DNA from: Selaginella moellendorffii | Lineage: Eukaryota; Plantae; Lycopodiophyta | Assembly: GCF_000143415.4 (NCBI RefSeq) | Contig: NW_003314263.1 | Span: 533,114-597,113 of the forward strand | Length of the DNA stretch: 64,000 nt | Reading direction: 5' to 3' | In this document: positions 24,391-36,942 of the stretch, one piece after another | Layout: the number at the start of each line of letters is the position of its first letter | Numbering within the stretch: the stretch's first letter is position 1 | The notes under the pieces: generated by a model | Database searches by the model: none | The model's input: the letters and a program-made list of their open reading frames with translations, nothing else | What the model was told of the DNA's origin: nothing | Made by a program: the position numbers and the translations under genes

Positions 24391-26413
24391 ATGGCGGGTG
24401 AGTCGATTTCTCTGCGCGCCGCTGTTGACGACGACGAATGCAGGTGATCCGATGGAAATCGACGGATTCAAGCAACAGCAAGGGCAGGCGCTTTGCAATC
24501 CCGAGCTTTTGAGCCTCTATTACAGTGAGATTGTTCGTTCTAGTGTGCTAGCGCCTAAGCTGGATCGCGATTCTCCAGGACGGATTTTCCCTTTCGCTGA
24601 GATGTACAAGTGGCTATCGTATGGCAATGGTACGTTTCTAGACGATACCAGTCTAGATCTAACTTCGGTCGTCTTTTCGTAGATGGAAAGCATCCTTCTT
24701 GCGATTCTTCGTTTTTTGGGCGGAGAGAGTTCTCTTTCACTCTGGAGAACGACATTTATTTGCGGTACATGTCTTTCCGCGATGCGTCGGAATTTGAAGC
24801 TACTGTGTGTGAAAAGCGTCCTCAAAAAATTGATATTGGAGCGGTTTACAGTGTGGATGTAAGTTCCTGGTTGTGTTTTTTTTCTTTCTTTCCTAACACT
24901 TTTTTCCTCGCAGCCTGCCAAGCGCTTAGCGTATGCCAACGTTTCCAATGATAGAGTTTTTGCTCCCGTCGAGAAGGAATTGGTATTTGATGTTGTGAGT
25001 GCCAGAACTTCTATATATAAGGGTCAGAAACTCACCACGCTTGCAGGACATGACAGACTACGATGACATTCGAAACTGTTGTTCTGGAGCCGACATTTGT
25101 TTGAAGTGCTGGCCGCTCATGACAATAGCTATCAAAGTTGTTGATTCGACTTTGCGAGGTAGCGGTCGTCTGATTTTGGTTGAATGCTCATTGGTTTCTG
25201 GCGCCTAGAGGACTTCGGGTTTGATCACATCCTATGGGTATATAGTGGACGACGAGGAGTACACTGCTGGGTGTGTGACGCACGAGCTCGCAAGCTGACT
25301 AATGAGCAAAGAGCGTCCATTGCTGACTACTTTCGAGTTTATAAGGTTTGAGATTTAATTCTTTAGTCGTGAGGATCTGACTTCGTGAAAAGGGTAACGA
25401 GAATAACAACAGGAAGGTGTCCTTGCCTACACATCTTCATCCATTTCTAGCGTATGTGTCTCGTTCTTTTTTGTTAGTTATTGATTCGACAATGGACATG
25501 ACAGGAGAACTTATTCACAGTTTTTGAGTCGCTATTTTGACGAAGAAATCCTGATAAAGCAGAGTTTGCTGCATCCTCAAGAGAATGCTGACAAGGTTCT
25601 TAAGCTGCTCTCTGGTGAAGGTATGTCAATGCAGTATATGTCTAGCGTTTATTCCGAGCTTCCAGTTCAATTGGAGGAGAAAAAGCGTAATAATACATTG
25701 CTCCCTGACAAGATAAATAGACAGCGCTGGGCAGATTTACAGAGGAAGCTCATGCAGAAGCGAGGTATTCAAAGAGAGCTTGTATTTACTTATACGTACC
25801 CAAGACTGGACCTGGAGGTGAGGGAACAACTTTAAGTTATTTCCCCTCTTGTTTTGCTCACTGTTGTATAACAGGTAACTAAGAAAATGAATCATCTGCT
25901 AAAGGCGCCTTTCTGCATCCATCCAAAGACTGGTAATGCATGGCTTACCATCTTAAACTGTTTTATCACTTGTCAGTTGTGGTGTAGGACGCGTCTGCGT
26001 GCCTATCGATCCTGCAGACTGCGACAATTTTGATCCAACGACTGTCCCGACATTGCCAGAGGTACTGGTCTTCAGATTAAAACATGTAAATTCTAGTTTT
26101 TCTTCTGTTTCCAGCTGCTCAATGATCTAAACAACGGCGATGCGCGTCCAGTATCCAAAGGTACCGGCTCTTTCTTTTTAAGTTCTCACATTTTCCTGTA
26201 CAGATTGGGAACGCACGTCCCTTGCCAAGTCAATTCGCTTCTTCAAGTCGTCCTTCCTCGAGCCTCTTCTCAAGGAATGCAGAGTAAGTTTTTCTTTTTT
26301 TTTTTCCGCAACAGGTTTGAAATTCCTGGCCGTGCAAAATGCAGTGTCAGCTGGAAGCAAGCCATCACAAGAAGCTGCAAGAAATGTCGGCAAGACCAAA
26401 CTTTACCTGGTAG
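24391..26413 (+). CDS. POLA4: DNA primase small (catalytic) subunit
   Basis: [77 protein letters not shown]. Confidence 0.94.
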
Positions 26414-26634
26414 TTTTTAAATGAAAGCAATGTAACCTTTCATTCATGGTAAGAATAAAAGCTATTGTTCATCAATGTGTTTGGATTTAACGTTGTGATA
26501 TTTTAGGGCCTTGGCTTTCGAGCCTGTCTTCTCACTGTTCGCTGTGTCTACTGTAGTTCTTTTCGGCTTGCATTAGCAGGTCTCGTTTTGCTTCTCACCT
26601 TGTGTGACAGTTTGCCGTCTTCGTGTCTCTAGAA

Positions 26635-28777
26635 ATGGGGGAAGCGAACATTGGCCTCAAGCCAATAGACGCGGAAGAATTTCGCAAGCATGCTCACGAG
26701 ATGGTGGACTTCATTGCAGATTATTACCGTGATATTGAGAGCTTTCCCGTTCGCAGTCAAGTCTCTGTACGTTTTTCCTTCTTCCTCCAATTTCTAATTT
26801 GCCTGACACTTGATTTATTGAGCAGCCTGGATACTTGAAAACTTTGTTGCCTCCGGCTGCGCCTGAAGATCCCGAAACGCTGGAGGAAGTTTTTGCCGGT
26901 ATGTTCTTTTTCCAAGCGCAATAAAATGCCGAGTTTCCTTCCTTTCAGATATTCAGAGCAAGGCAAAGCCCGAATTTTTTCGGATATTATCCGTCCAACA
27001 GTAGCACGGCAGGGCTCTTGGGGGAAATGTTAAGTGCTGGATTGAACATTGTTGGATTTAGCTGGATAACTTCGCCGGCGGCGACAGAGCTGGAGACCAT
27101 TGTTCTTGACTGGCTTGCAAAGCTGTTGAAACTTCCCGACGAGTTTCTATTTGGAGGTATGGTGGAAATTTTAGATTATAAGATCATTATTCTTACACTT
27201 TACAATGCAGGTAATGGCGGCGGAGTGATTCAAGGGACTGCTAGTGAGGCAGTTGCTGTGGTGCTACTCGCTGCTCGAACTCGAGCCATTTCAGGAAACA
27301 AGAGAAAAGGTTTGTCGGAAGCGGAGATTCTTTCAAAGCTGGCGGTGTATACGTCAGATCAAACTCATTCCTGTCTGCAAAAAGGATGTGTGGTACGCCA
27401 TTTCAAGCTTCTAGTCCTTTCAATCCGTGATAACCTCTTCGTGTTTGTTGTACAGATTGCTGGGATTCCTCTTGAAAATCTAGTGATTGTTCCAACTGAT
27501 AGCTCAACAAATTATGCAGTATCACCAGCTGCGATGAGACAAGCACTTGAGGATGGCGTCAAGCAGGGACTTTTGCCATTCTTCCTTTGCGGGACTGTGA
27601 GTTCGTGCAACTAGCTTGTCTCCCTCCTTACGCCTGTTATGTTCTTTCCTAGGTGGGAACTACATCATCTTCGGCCGTGGATCCATTGTCTGCTTTAGGA
27701 GATATTGCAAAGGTATAGCTCTTTTCTTTTCAATTTCTATCGATCTCAAAATGCAAGAATGTTACCAGGATTTTGGAATGTGGTTCCACGTTGACGCTGC
27801 CTACGCTGGCTCTGCGTGCATCTGCCCAGAGTTTCGGCATCACCTGGATGGAGTTGAGAAAGCAGATTCGTTTAACATGAACGCACATAAGTGGCTGCTT
27901 ACAAACTTCGATTGTTCTGCTCTTTGGGTGAAGGTAAAGTGGTGTTCATTCATTTTCCAAGAGTTCTTATACCTTTTGCTTTTCTCGATAGGAATCCAGC
28001 CATCTGGTGTCAGCTCTTTCTACAACACCTGAGTTCTTGCGTAACAAGGTAGCGCATATCTTTCTCACTTTCGTGTTTAAGTTTCCTTTTCCTTTCTTTG
28101 TTGTTCCAGGCATCTGATTTAAATCAAGTTGTCGACTACAAAGACTGGCAGATACCTCTCGGCAGAAGATTCAGGTTCTAGTCTTCCGTTTTTCCCTTTA
28201 AAATCAAATCCTTAGGAAACATTGTAAAACAGGTCGTTGAAGCTGTGGTTTGTCATGCGCATGAATGGCGCTTCTGGATTACGGAGCTACATAAGGAACC
28301 ATGTCCGCCTTGCAAAGCGCTTCGAAGGCTTCGTGCGTGAAGACCCACGCTTCCAAGTAAGGCACACGTTCTATTCTTCAAACACGCTGGCACCATTTTG
28401 CAGCTTCTAGTTCCTCGCACATTCGGCTTGATTTGCTTCAGGCTAAAGCCAGAAAGCGATGATCCGGACAACGGACGCACTCTAAACTCGACGCTTCTGG
28501 AGACTGTCAATTCCAGCGGAAGAATGTTTATCACTCACACGGTAAGCCAGCAAAACTATCGCGAATCCGAGCTCTCTTCTCAAAGTTATACTTGCCTGAA
28601 TAGGTGCTCTCGGGCGTCTACACGCTGAGGATGGCCATCGGCGCTCCACTCACGCAAGACAAGCACGTAGACGCTGCGTGGAAGCTCATCCAAGAAGAAG
28701 CCACCACCCTCTTTGAGATAAACTTGGTTAAGGGCCCTTCGCATATTCTTGCGAATAATCTTTGTTCCGAAATTTAA
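26635..28777 (+). pseudogene. Aromatic L-amino acid decarboxylase family gene (aldehyde-synthase type) with a frameshifting deletion in exon 3
   Basis: [37 protein letters not shown] lysine NAHKW, VVDYKDWQIPLGRRFR. At 26962/26963 DIQSK abuts QSPNFFGYYP in a different frame and the conserved I.PG.THW peptide is missing. Confidence 0.8.
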
Positions 28778-29112
28778 AAGACTTGGTTTAGGGTTTAGGT
28801 GCTTCGGATATGCTTGCGAATAATCTTTGTTTTTAGTATATTCTCTGATATTTGGATATGATCTGGGCCATTGATTCTAGGGTTCCTCGTGGTTTTGCGG
28901 CGATAGACTAGAGTCACTCAAGCGCCTCGTGTCCATGGCGCATTTTGAGCGCTGAAAGTCGCCAAGATCGATGTCTTCCACGGGATACCAGCAGCGCTGA
29001 TGATCCTTTCCATCAGCTTTGTCAAATTTCTCGTGCCACATCTGTGAAGAATGATCCGAAGAATGATCTATTCCAATCGTGTTAGATAAATGTTTGCTAA
29101 GTGTAACGCTAT

Positions 29113-32100
29113 TTACAGATCAAGGCCCGGCACCATCGCCACCGTCACGACCCAATACTCGGTTCCCACGGGCAGCTCATACGAGTTTGCTCGATGCCTC
29201 CCCATCACCGACGAGGAAGAAGAAGCTCCTCCCTCCAAGATCGAGAAGCTGGAGGAGCTAGCACCGGGCGGCGCTGCGACGGTGTGGTGCTCGATGTGGA
29301 CGATCTGGCCGACTATATACTTCCGCCGCTGCTCGTTCTTGCCGTGGAACAGCGCGATGGATTCCTCCGATAGAAAATAGTTTGGGCAGTTCCGGTTGAG
29401 CGCTTCGTAGTGACCAGCCGCGTTTGGAGCGAAGAGTGCCAGCTCGTGGACCTCGAATCGTGTCAGGCAGATCTTCTCCTTGCTAGCCTGCAAGGTTTCC
29501 ACAGAGTCTCCCAAGGTGTCAAGAACCAAAAAAAAAAACGGGTTTTTCTTTAGAAAAAATCTCCAGCCATTCTCTCTAAGTCGTCTAGAGTAAGTACCTG
29601 TTTCTCAAGTTTACACTTTGCGAAGAGGCTCTTGGCCATCTCGGCTTTGTTCTCCACCTCCTTCCTCAGCTGGCTCTGCGAGCTCTCCGCAAGCTTGACG
29701 CGCTCGGCGAGCTCGGCGCGCTGCTGAGCCAGAAACGTCACCCTGTCCGCTAGGATGCTGATAAACGATCGAAACTCCGCTCCCACATCGTCTCCACCAT
29801 CACTGCCAAAGAACTAACTTAGCAAGCCTTCCAAAGAACTAACTTAGCAAACTTTCCAAAGCGCGGACGAACGACTTACCTCGGCAGTGAAGCGGACAAG
29901 GAGCGTAGAGAGTCCATGAAACCGGCAGGGCCACCGGCCGGAGAGGCAATGCAGCTCCTCAGCCTCTCCAGCAAGCCGCGAAGCTTGACGCTGGAGGCGC
30001 GAAGAACGTTGTACTCGGACGCTCGGCGGTCGGCCGCGCAGAGGTGGATTTGCGCCTCCTCCCGTGCCTCGTGAAGCCTATTCTCCAGATGCGCAGAGTT
30101 CATCTGACACTGCCTGAGTAGCTCCGCGCTCGTCTCAAGCTCTTCTCGAAGCCTCACCACCTCTGAAAGCACGGGCTCGTCCGCCGGCCACTCCCTCGTC
30201 TGTGAGAACACGTCCTTGACTGGATGCTGGTTCTTCGCTTCCTCGGACTGTGCGCTACTGTCTTCCTGTCCCGTGGCACCATCCATCGGCTCCACCGCTG
30301 CTCCAGTGATAGCCGAGTTATCCGACTCTTCCCTGCGTTGATCTTCACTCGACACCATCGTATCCAAGTCGGTTCTCTCACGTTCCTCTTGCTCCCTCAG
30401 CCTGTCTTCCAGCTCTCGGATCCGGGACTCGTATGAACTACACCGGCCCTCCTTCTCGGTTATGATTCTGTGCAAGTGTTTGGCATGCTCGTCTTTCAGC
30501 CTCAGAGCCTCGGCAGTTCTCTCGGCCGAGCTCAAGTTCCCACGTATCTCTTGGTCCTCGGCATCCCCCAGGATGTCTGGCTGAAAGCCGGGGTCGATGC
30601 TGCAGATAAATGCGATGGACGCTGCTAACTGAGCTCTCAGCCTGGCATTCTCGACCTCCAACTTACTCGTGCCAGATATCTCGTCAGTGCAAAAGTCTTC
30701 CTTTCCTTCTGGATCACCCCAGTCGTCCGCCGGAGAATCAGCCTTGAGTGACCCTGTTACCTGATAAGGAGCATACTTCTCCACATCCGCCAAGTCGATG
30801 TCCAGTAAGTTGGAGTCGAAAGACGCGAGGTTGATGAGGAACTGACTGGGAACCTCAAGCAGTCCCATTTGCGATAAAAGCTCTCGAGGCAAAGCAGCCG
30901 TGTGCGTTTGTAGAAACTCTTCCCTGCGGACCACCTCTTTCTCCCTCTTGGCGGCCATCCTCTCTGCGAGTTGCCCGGCCTGCCCGAGGTAGAGCTTCAT
31001 ATAAGACTTCCTCCTCACGACCTCGGCGAGGCAAGCCTTGTAAGAACTCCCGACCCTGCGGAACTGCTTGAGCATCTCAAAGTTCTCGTCCTGGCGAGCC
31101 ATGACTTCCCGGAACCCGGATATCTGGTTCCTCGTCAACTTTATACTGGCCTGGAGCGACGCCACGCTCTGCATCCTCTGGTGGACGCACAGCGTCATCG
31201 CGTTCTTCCCCACGACCAGCTGCTGGAGAAGCTTTGCGAGCTCGGCATCGCAGTCCTCCATTCTCGGCAAGTGACTCTTGACCTGCACATCATGCATCGG
31301 GCCGAGAGCCAACAGTGCGTCCTGAACTTGCATGGATGAATACCTTCCGTCGGAGTAGTCATCGCTCAGCCTCTTCACCTTGGTCACATCCTTCCTGGAA
31401 AGAAAAGAAGCAAGATCATTTCAACTTCCACTAGAAACTTCATAAAAAACTCTTTTTCTTACCTCAACGACTGAAGGATCGTCGACTGTTCATCGATAAA
31501 CCTTGCGTGCAATCCAAGAGTCCGCTCCAGATTCTCCAAGCTCACCGCGGATGGCTCCTCGAGAAAGTCTTCCACCCTCCGCTTCAAGCCCGAGTACTCG
31601 GACGCCAGCCCGGCCACCTTCGTGCAGAGCTGCTTGTGATACACGCCACAGTCGTCGGCCGACTTGCGCAAGCTCCCTTCCTTGACGCAATCCAAGAGAG
31701 TGTACCGTGTCTCCGTCCTGAGGGCCGGATGGAGCTTGCAAGCACGCAATCTCTCGATATCCTTGCCCAAGTTTGCCAGAACCTCCGTGTGCTGCTGGCT
31801 CTGCCGCTGGAAATCCTCCACAAACTCGCCATAGACGTGCTGGATGCTGCGGTAGTGCTGCTCCATGCTTCGCCGGACAGTCTCTAGCGCCATGTCCTGG
31901 ACACGAATCTCTCGAGCGAGCTTGTGGCATGCATCGAGCTTCTTCTGGCTAGCGCTCAAGATGGCGTGACCCTTCTGGAAGTTATACCGGAATTGCCTCT
32001 CGGAAGAAACCAAAGGAGAGGAGCTTCCACTCCTCTCGGCCGCTGGAGCCTCCGGAAGAACTGGCACGACATTCTCTGGAGCTCCCTGCTGTGGCGGCAG

Positions 32101-32391
32101 CGGCGAATTCGGCGCTAGTCGCTGGCGATTGAAGAGGAAGATCGGCCTCTCGTCGTCTGGGAGGCGGTAGAATCCCAGTGACCTGTGTGAATCCAAGCGG
32201 GCATCGCCGGAGAAGAGGAGCTGGTCTTGCCTGAGCACGCCGGTGAGCGACGCCAAGACATCCTGGATTTCTTCCACCCTCGTCCCCGCCTGGCAGTCCT
32301 CCAGCTCGAAGGACTGGCCGCTCTCGGCGACATGGATCATCATCGTTGGCGATGGAAATTTTGCCCTTTCACATTCCTCGCCCTCTTCCAA
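29113..32391 (-). CDS. ATG11: Autophagy-related protein 11
   Basis: N-terminal ubiquitin-like region (IHVAESGQSFEL), ATG17-like region (YKACLAEVVRRK), coiled coil, and C-terminal claw domain (HYEALNRNCPNYFLS...YIVGQIVHIE...YELPVGTEYWVVTVAM); 4 exons. Confidence 0.95.
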
Positions 32392-32636
32392 GAGCGCGAT
32401 CGATCGATGGAGCGAGGAGAGGAGACGAGGAAGCGTGGATCACTGCCACACGCGTCCTAAATGCTTACTTGAATTGCGCCCGCGGGGAAAGCAAGGATTT
32501 CTCCACTCGAGGACGCCGCCCTAACTGAAGCCCTCGCTGGTTTATAGGGTTTAGATGCTTCCAAACTTACAATCCTTGGGTACAATTAGCCCCTTAATAT
32601 AGTGGTTGTGCGTAACCACTAATTAGAAGTCCTCCA

Positions 32637-32930
32637 TGGCTTCTCGCGATCATGCTCGGTGCTCTTTTCCATGCAAGCCAAGCTTACACTGCTGTTCAAA
32701 GGCGCAAGCACAAAGATCTATCGCACAGTTTTCCGGATTGCTTGTTGTGATTCATGGACGCTAAAGAACGAGTTTACCGAGAACTACGAGCTTGTAAAGG
32801 GAGCACTAGCAAAACTGGGCAATGAGGATGAGGGCCCGTTTCTCTGTGAAGCCCACGAGCCAGGAGCACTGCCCAAGCTCTTCAAGGCCATGTCATCCCT
32901 CGGCCAAAGTGGTGGTGCTGCCATTTGAGA
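32637..32930 (+). pseudogene. Heavily deleted GST tau pseudogene
   Basis: Begins catggcttctcgcgatca like 39164. Later GALAKLGNEDEGPF and catccctcggccaaagtgg match the GST at 39645-39845; internal deletions. Confidence 0.8.
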
Positions 32931-33257
32931 CCTTTAGGGACTTTCTCTTATGTGTCAATGGCTTCTGTTATATAGCTCGAATTTTTTTTATATTAACACT
33001 CTTTCCTATTATCATTACAAATGCATAATACATTTCATTTATAATTTTTGAACTGATTCTTCTAGAATTTCAACACTTAAATTGCACTTTTATAGAGTCG
33101 AAAGTATATTTTTTTAATATACAGAGAACACAATTTCACATTGAAAAACTATAACCACTAGCAACGTTCTTAAAGATTTTTGATAATAATTATATTTTAT
33201 AAATATTTCTATAAGTTCTTTTTTTTCAATTTTTGCTATGTAAAATACATTTAGTAT

Positions 33258-33431
33258 TGTGAGTGCATGGAATATGGAAAGGGAATACAGAAATGTGCAT
33301 ATCAATTAGCCCAAAAACCCTAGCTTATATACAAGAGCGAGTGGTCTGGATTGAAACCAATCCGACGGCTACCAAAATCCACTACGCTAATATTAGTATA
33401 CGGCATCGTAGCCGTACACTTGGCCCTCACA
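33258..33431 (-). repeat. 3' LTR of element A
   Basis: Direct repeat of 38084-38257. Confidence 0.97.
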
Positions 33432-33463
33432 TCATCCCCTCCTCTCGGAATAATGGAAGGCCG

Positions 33464-36400
33464 TCAGGGTTCTCTTGTAGATGGGCCGGGATCTGGAGGA
33501 ACGTCAGGAGGAGGCATTGGTGGATCTGTAGACGGTATTAACTGCTCCTGATCCCTTTGTATGAAGCGTTTTAACCGCTGCACATGCACAATCTCCGGAG
33601 GATCGGCCTGCTGAACGTCATGCCGAACCTCATAAACTTGTGGTCCAACTTGCCGCAACACCCGATACGGTCCTTTCCACTGCGCAAGGAGCCCCTTAGA
33701 TAAACCACGTACCGTAAGATGGGGAAAACAGATTAACACACTTTGTACTCCGCAGGTGGACGATGATGGGAATTGTAACGCCGTTGTTGTCCCACTTGTA
33801 CGCGGCCTAAGTGTTCAGCAGACTCTACTCGGACAAGTGGAAGAATGCTTGTCAAATATTGATCCCATGACCTAGCATCAGGAGCTCGTGGCAATCGCGA
33901 AGGTAAACCCAGCTCTGTTGGTAATATTGGATCATGACCATATAGAAGTTTATATGGTGAAGCACCAACAAAACTCTGCACCCCTGTGACATAGGCATAC
34001 CGAAGAGACGGCAAATAACCATCCCAATCCGAATGTTGAAAGTTCACATACTTCGCAATCATCCCTTTGAATGTCCGAACGAGCCGTTCCACCAGACCGT
34101 CTGATTGTGGATGATAAGCACTCGTAAAAGTGTGGCGTATCCCCAACCGAGATGTCAAAACATGAAATACCTCAGCCATAAATGCAGGACCATTATCCGA
34201 AAGAATCCGCTCTGGACAAGAATGCTGGAACACCACTCGATTGAGGAGGAAGTATCCAACAGCAGTTGCAGAAGCACTAGCAAGAGCACCAACTTCCACC
34301 CAACGAGTCAAGTAGTCAGAAGCAATAATAACATACTCATTGCCAGCAGTCGATCGCGGAAAAGGTCCCATAAGATCAAACGCCACCAACTCAAACGGAC
34401 GAGAAACTGCAATTGACTCCAACCGTCTTTCCGCAGCACAAGGGGGAGTATTACGAGCTTGGCACCAAACGCAGCTACGCACATACCGGATAATATCACG
34501 TCGCATCTCTGGCCAATAGAAAGATCTGCGCAGCTTCTCGGTGACACGACGGTGTCCCATATGCCCACCTAGAATAGGAGAATCATGGTAGGCATGGAGA
34601 AACCGCGGAATAAACACCGAAGGCACCACCAGCCGTAAATGATCAGCAGGATCCGTCCCCACAAAATAAAGAAGGCCATCTTCAAGGCGATATTGAGAAT
34701 GTAAATGCCGAAAAGGCAAGTCATCAGCAAGTGATGCAGGATTCTCAAACCCATCTCGAAGCCTTCGAATCCACGGCTCAATCTTTTGAGCCTCGCGAAC
34801 CTCATCAAGAGAAGGTAGATCTTGCTCTATGCCCTGTGAGCACTGAACGTCAATGACAGCGACCGCCGACGGCACAGAATCCTCATTTAGAAAATCCACA
34901 GATGCTGGAACAACAGGTTCGTCAGAAACATGAGAAGTGAGTGGAGAAGGAAGAGGAGCTCGAGAAAGGGCATCAGCATCAGCCATAGAACTCCTTGGGC
35001 GATGAACAACATCAAAATCATATATCTGAAGCTTCAAAGCCCATCGAGCCGTACGACCAACCAGGTTCTTCCGCTTCAATAATGAAGTAACAGCAGCATG
35101 GTCACCTTCAAGTAACGTCCGAGAACCATGTAGATATGCATGAAGTTTCTCGAAACCCCAGACTGCTGCTAAACACTCCTTCTCCGTCGTGGAGTAGTTC
35201 ATCTCCGCTGGTTGTAATGTACGGCTGATGTATGCAATGGGATGGCGCTGACCAGGCACACTCGAGCTCTCTTGCATCAACACACCTCCAAGACCAATGT
35301 CAGAAGCATCCACGCGCAAAATAAAAGGTCGAGTGTAGTCAGGATATGCCAAAACCGGAGGAGTCGTCAATAGCTCTTTGAGATTCACGAACGCCCGCTC
35401 ACAATCGGGAGACCAGATGAAAGATGACGTTGATGACTTCAGCAACGCTCGCAATGGTGTAGTGCGATCGGAAAGATGATCCACAAAACGACCGAGATAC
35501 TGCACCTTACCCAAAAAACGCTGCACATCATTCACACACTTTGGAGTAGGGAACTTTAGAACAGCCACAAGTTTGTCAGGATCAACTTGCAAACCCTCAC
35601 GAGAAATACGGTACCCAAGATAAGTTGTGTCCTTGGACCCAAACACGCACTTCGACCGCTTCAGCTTTAAACCAACGTCGCATAGCCGATCCAACACTTT
35701 ACAAACATCACGAACATGCTCCTCCCACGTCCCCTCCGAGTGGATCAAGACATCATCAATGAAGTCAGCTGTCACCTTCGGCATATCGCAAAGAACCTCG
35801 TCCATCATCCGCTGAAAAGTTGCTGGAGCATTGTTCAAACTAAACGGCATCACCAAAAACTCGTACAAACCAAATGGTGTACGAAAAGCAGTCTTAGGAA
35901 TATCTTCTTCAGCCATCGGTACTTGCCAATACCCAGAAGCAAGATCTAGCTTGGTGAACCAACGACTTCGCCCCAGACGATCCAAGAGATCAGCAGTGTG
36001 AGGAAGAGGGTACACGTCCGGAATCGTCACTTCATTTAACGGACGATAGTCGATGCAGAAACGAATACTCCCATCAGGCTTCGTCACAAGATGAGGTTCA
36101 CATGCCCAAGGACTCCGCGACTTCCGAATAACACCCTTCTCCAACATCTCCTTGACGTTTGCACGTAAAATCTTGATCTCCTTGGGTGACCGACGACGAA
36201 CAGGAACCTTGATTGGACGAGCATCCCCGGTTGGAATGGGATGACGTGTGGCAATCTTGGCCCCAGACGATAGGTCAAACTCAAAGAGATCAGAATACTC
36301 CTTCATGAGCTGGTCAACAGCTGCAACACAAAGATCATCGGAGGGATCGGAAAAAGGAAGAGCAGAACAAGATGAAAACACAAGAGGAAATAGTGGGGGA

Positions 36401-36942
36401 ACAAAAGTAATGGAAGCAAAGGTAGAAGTAGAGGGACGAAGAGGTACGGAAGTGAGAGGAATGGATGAAACATAAGGAAGTATGAGACAAGGGGGAAAAG
36501 CCTCAAAGTCACACTTGGCATGATTGTGCTGCAACCAATCCATACCAAGAATGAGGTCAAAAGCTTGACTCGGCACCACCCGCAACGACTGCAACTCAAG
36601 CTCGAGATCGCCCACACGCACAACCAGGTCCGCCTCATCTCGTGCACATGCATGTGTACGGCCGTTGCCATAAAGAATGAAAACTGGATCTGCCGCACGA
36701 CGCAAGTGTAGACGACAACGTGTGGCAACAGGTCGAGCAATAGAAGATAAACTCGAACCTGTATCAACCAACACGGAGAGAAGAATAGGAGACCTCTTGT
36801 TATAAAAACGAGCTTGGAAAGTAAACACTGGATGAACCGGTGCCGAGTGAACCCCTTGATGATACTCCCGAAAGAAAGATGGAGGGGTCACTAACTTATT
36901 CGCGCAAGGTCCCTCCATTACTCGCGCGACTCCTTGTTTCCC
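33464..36942 (-). CDS. Pol of element A (protease, RT, RNase H, integrase, GPY/F module), expressed by -1 frameshift; C-terminus broken by a 10-nt deletion
   Basis: LVDTGS; LDLASGYWQV; FIDDVL; DASDIG..EKECLA; HHCC; DLMG, SDNG, ERLVRT. WKGPYRV lies in a shifted frame (33464-33739), and copy A2 has an extra caaatcatcc at the junction. Confidence 0.93.
36879..36942 (-). promoter_or_regulatory. -1 programmed ribosomal frameshift signal (G_GGA_AAC, 6-nt spacer, H-type pseudoknot)
   Basis: Minus strand reads GGGAAAC AAGGAG TCGCGCGAG TA ATGGAGGG AC CTTGCGCGA ATAAGTTAGTGAC CCCTCCAT. Pol is in the -1 frame relative to gag at this point. Confidence 0.85.

Noticed and set aside
29876-32528. Numerous overlapping and antisense ORFs over ATG11 (and similarly over GDSL, GST and pol)
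   Set aside because: Shadow ORFs expected from GC-rich coding sequence; the main frames explain the region.
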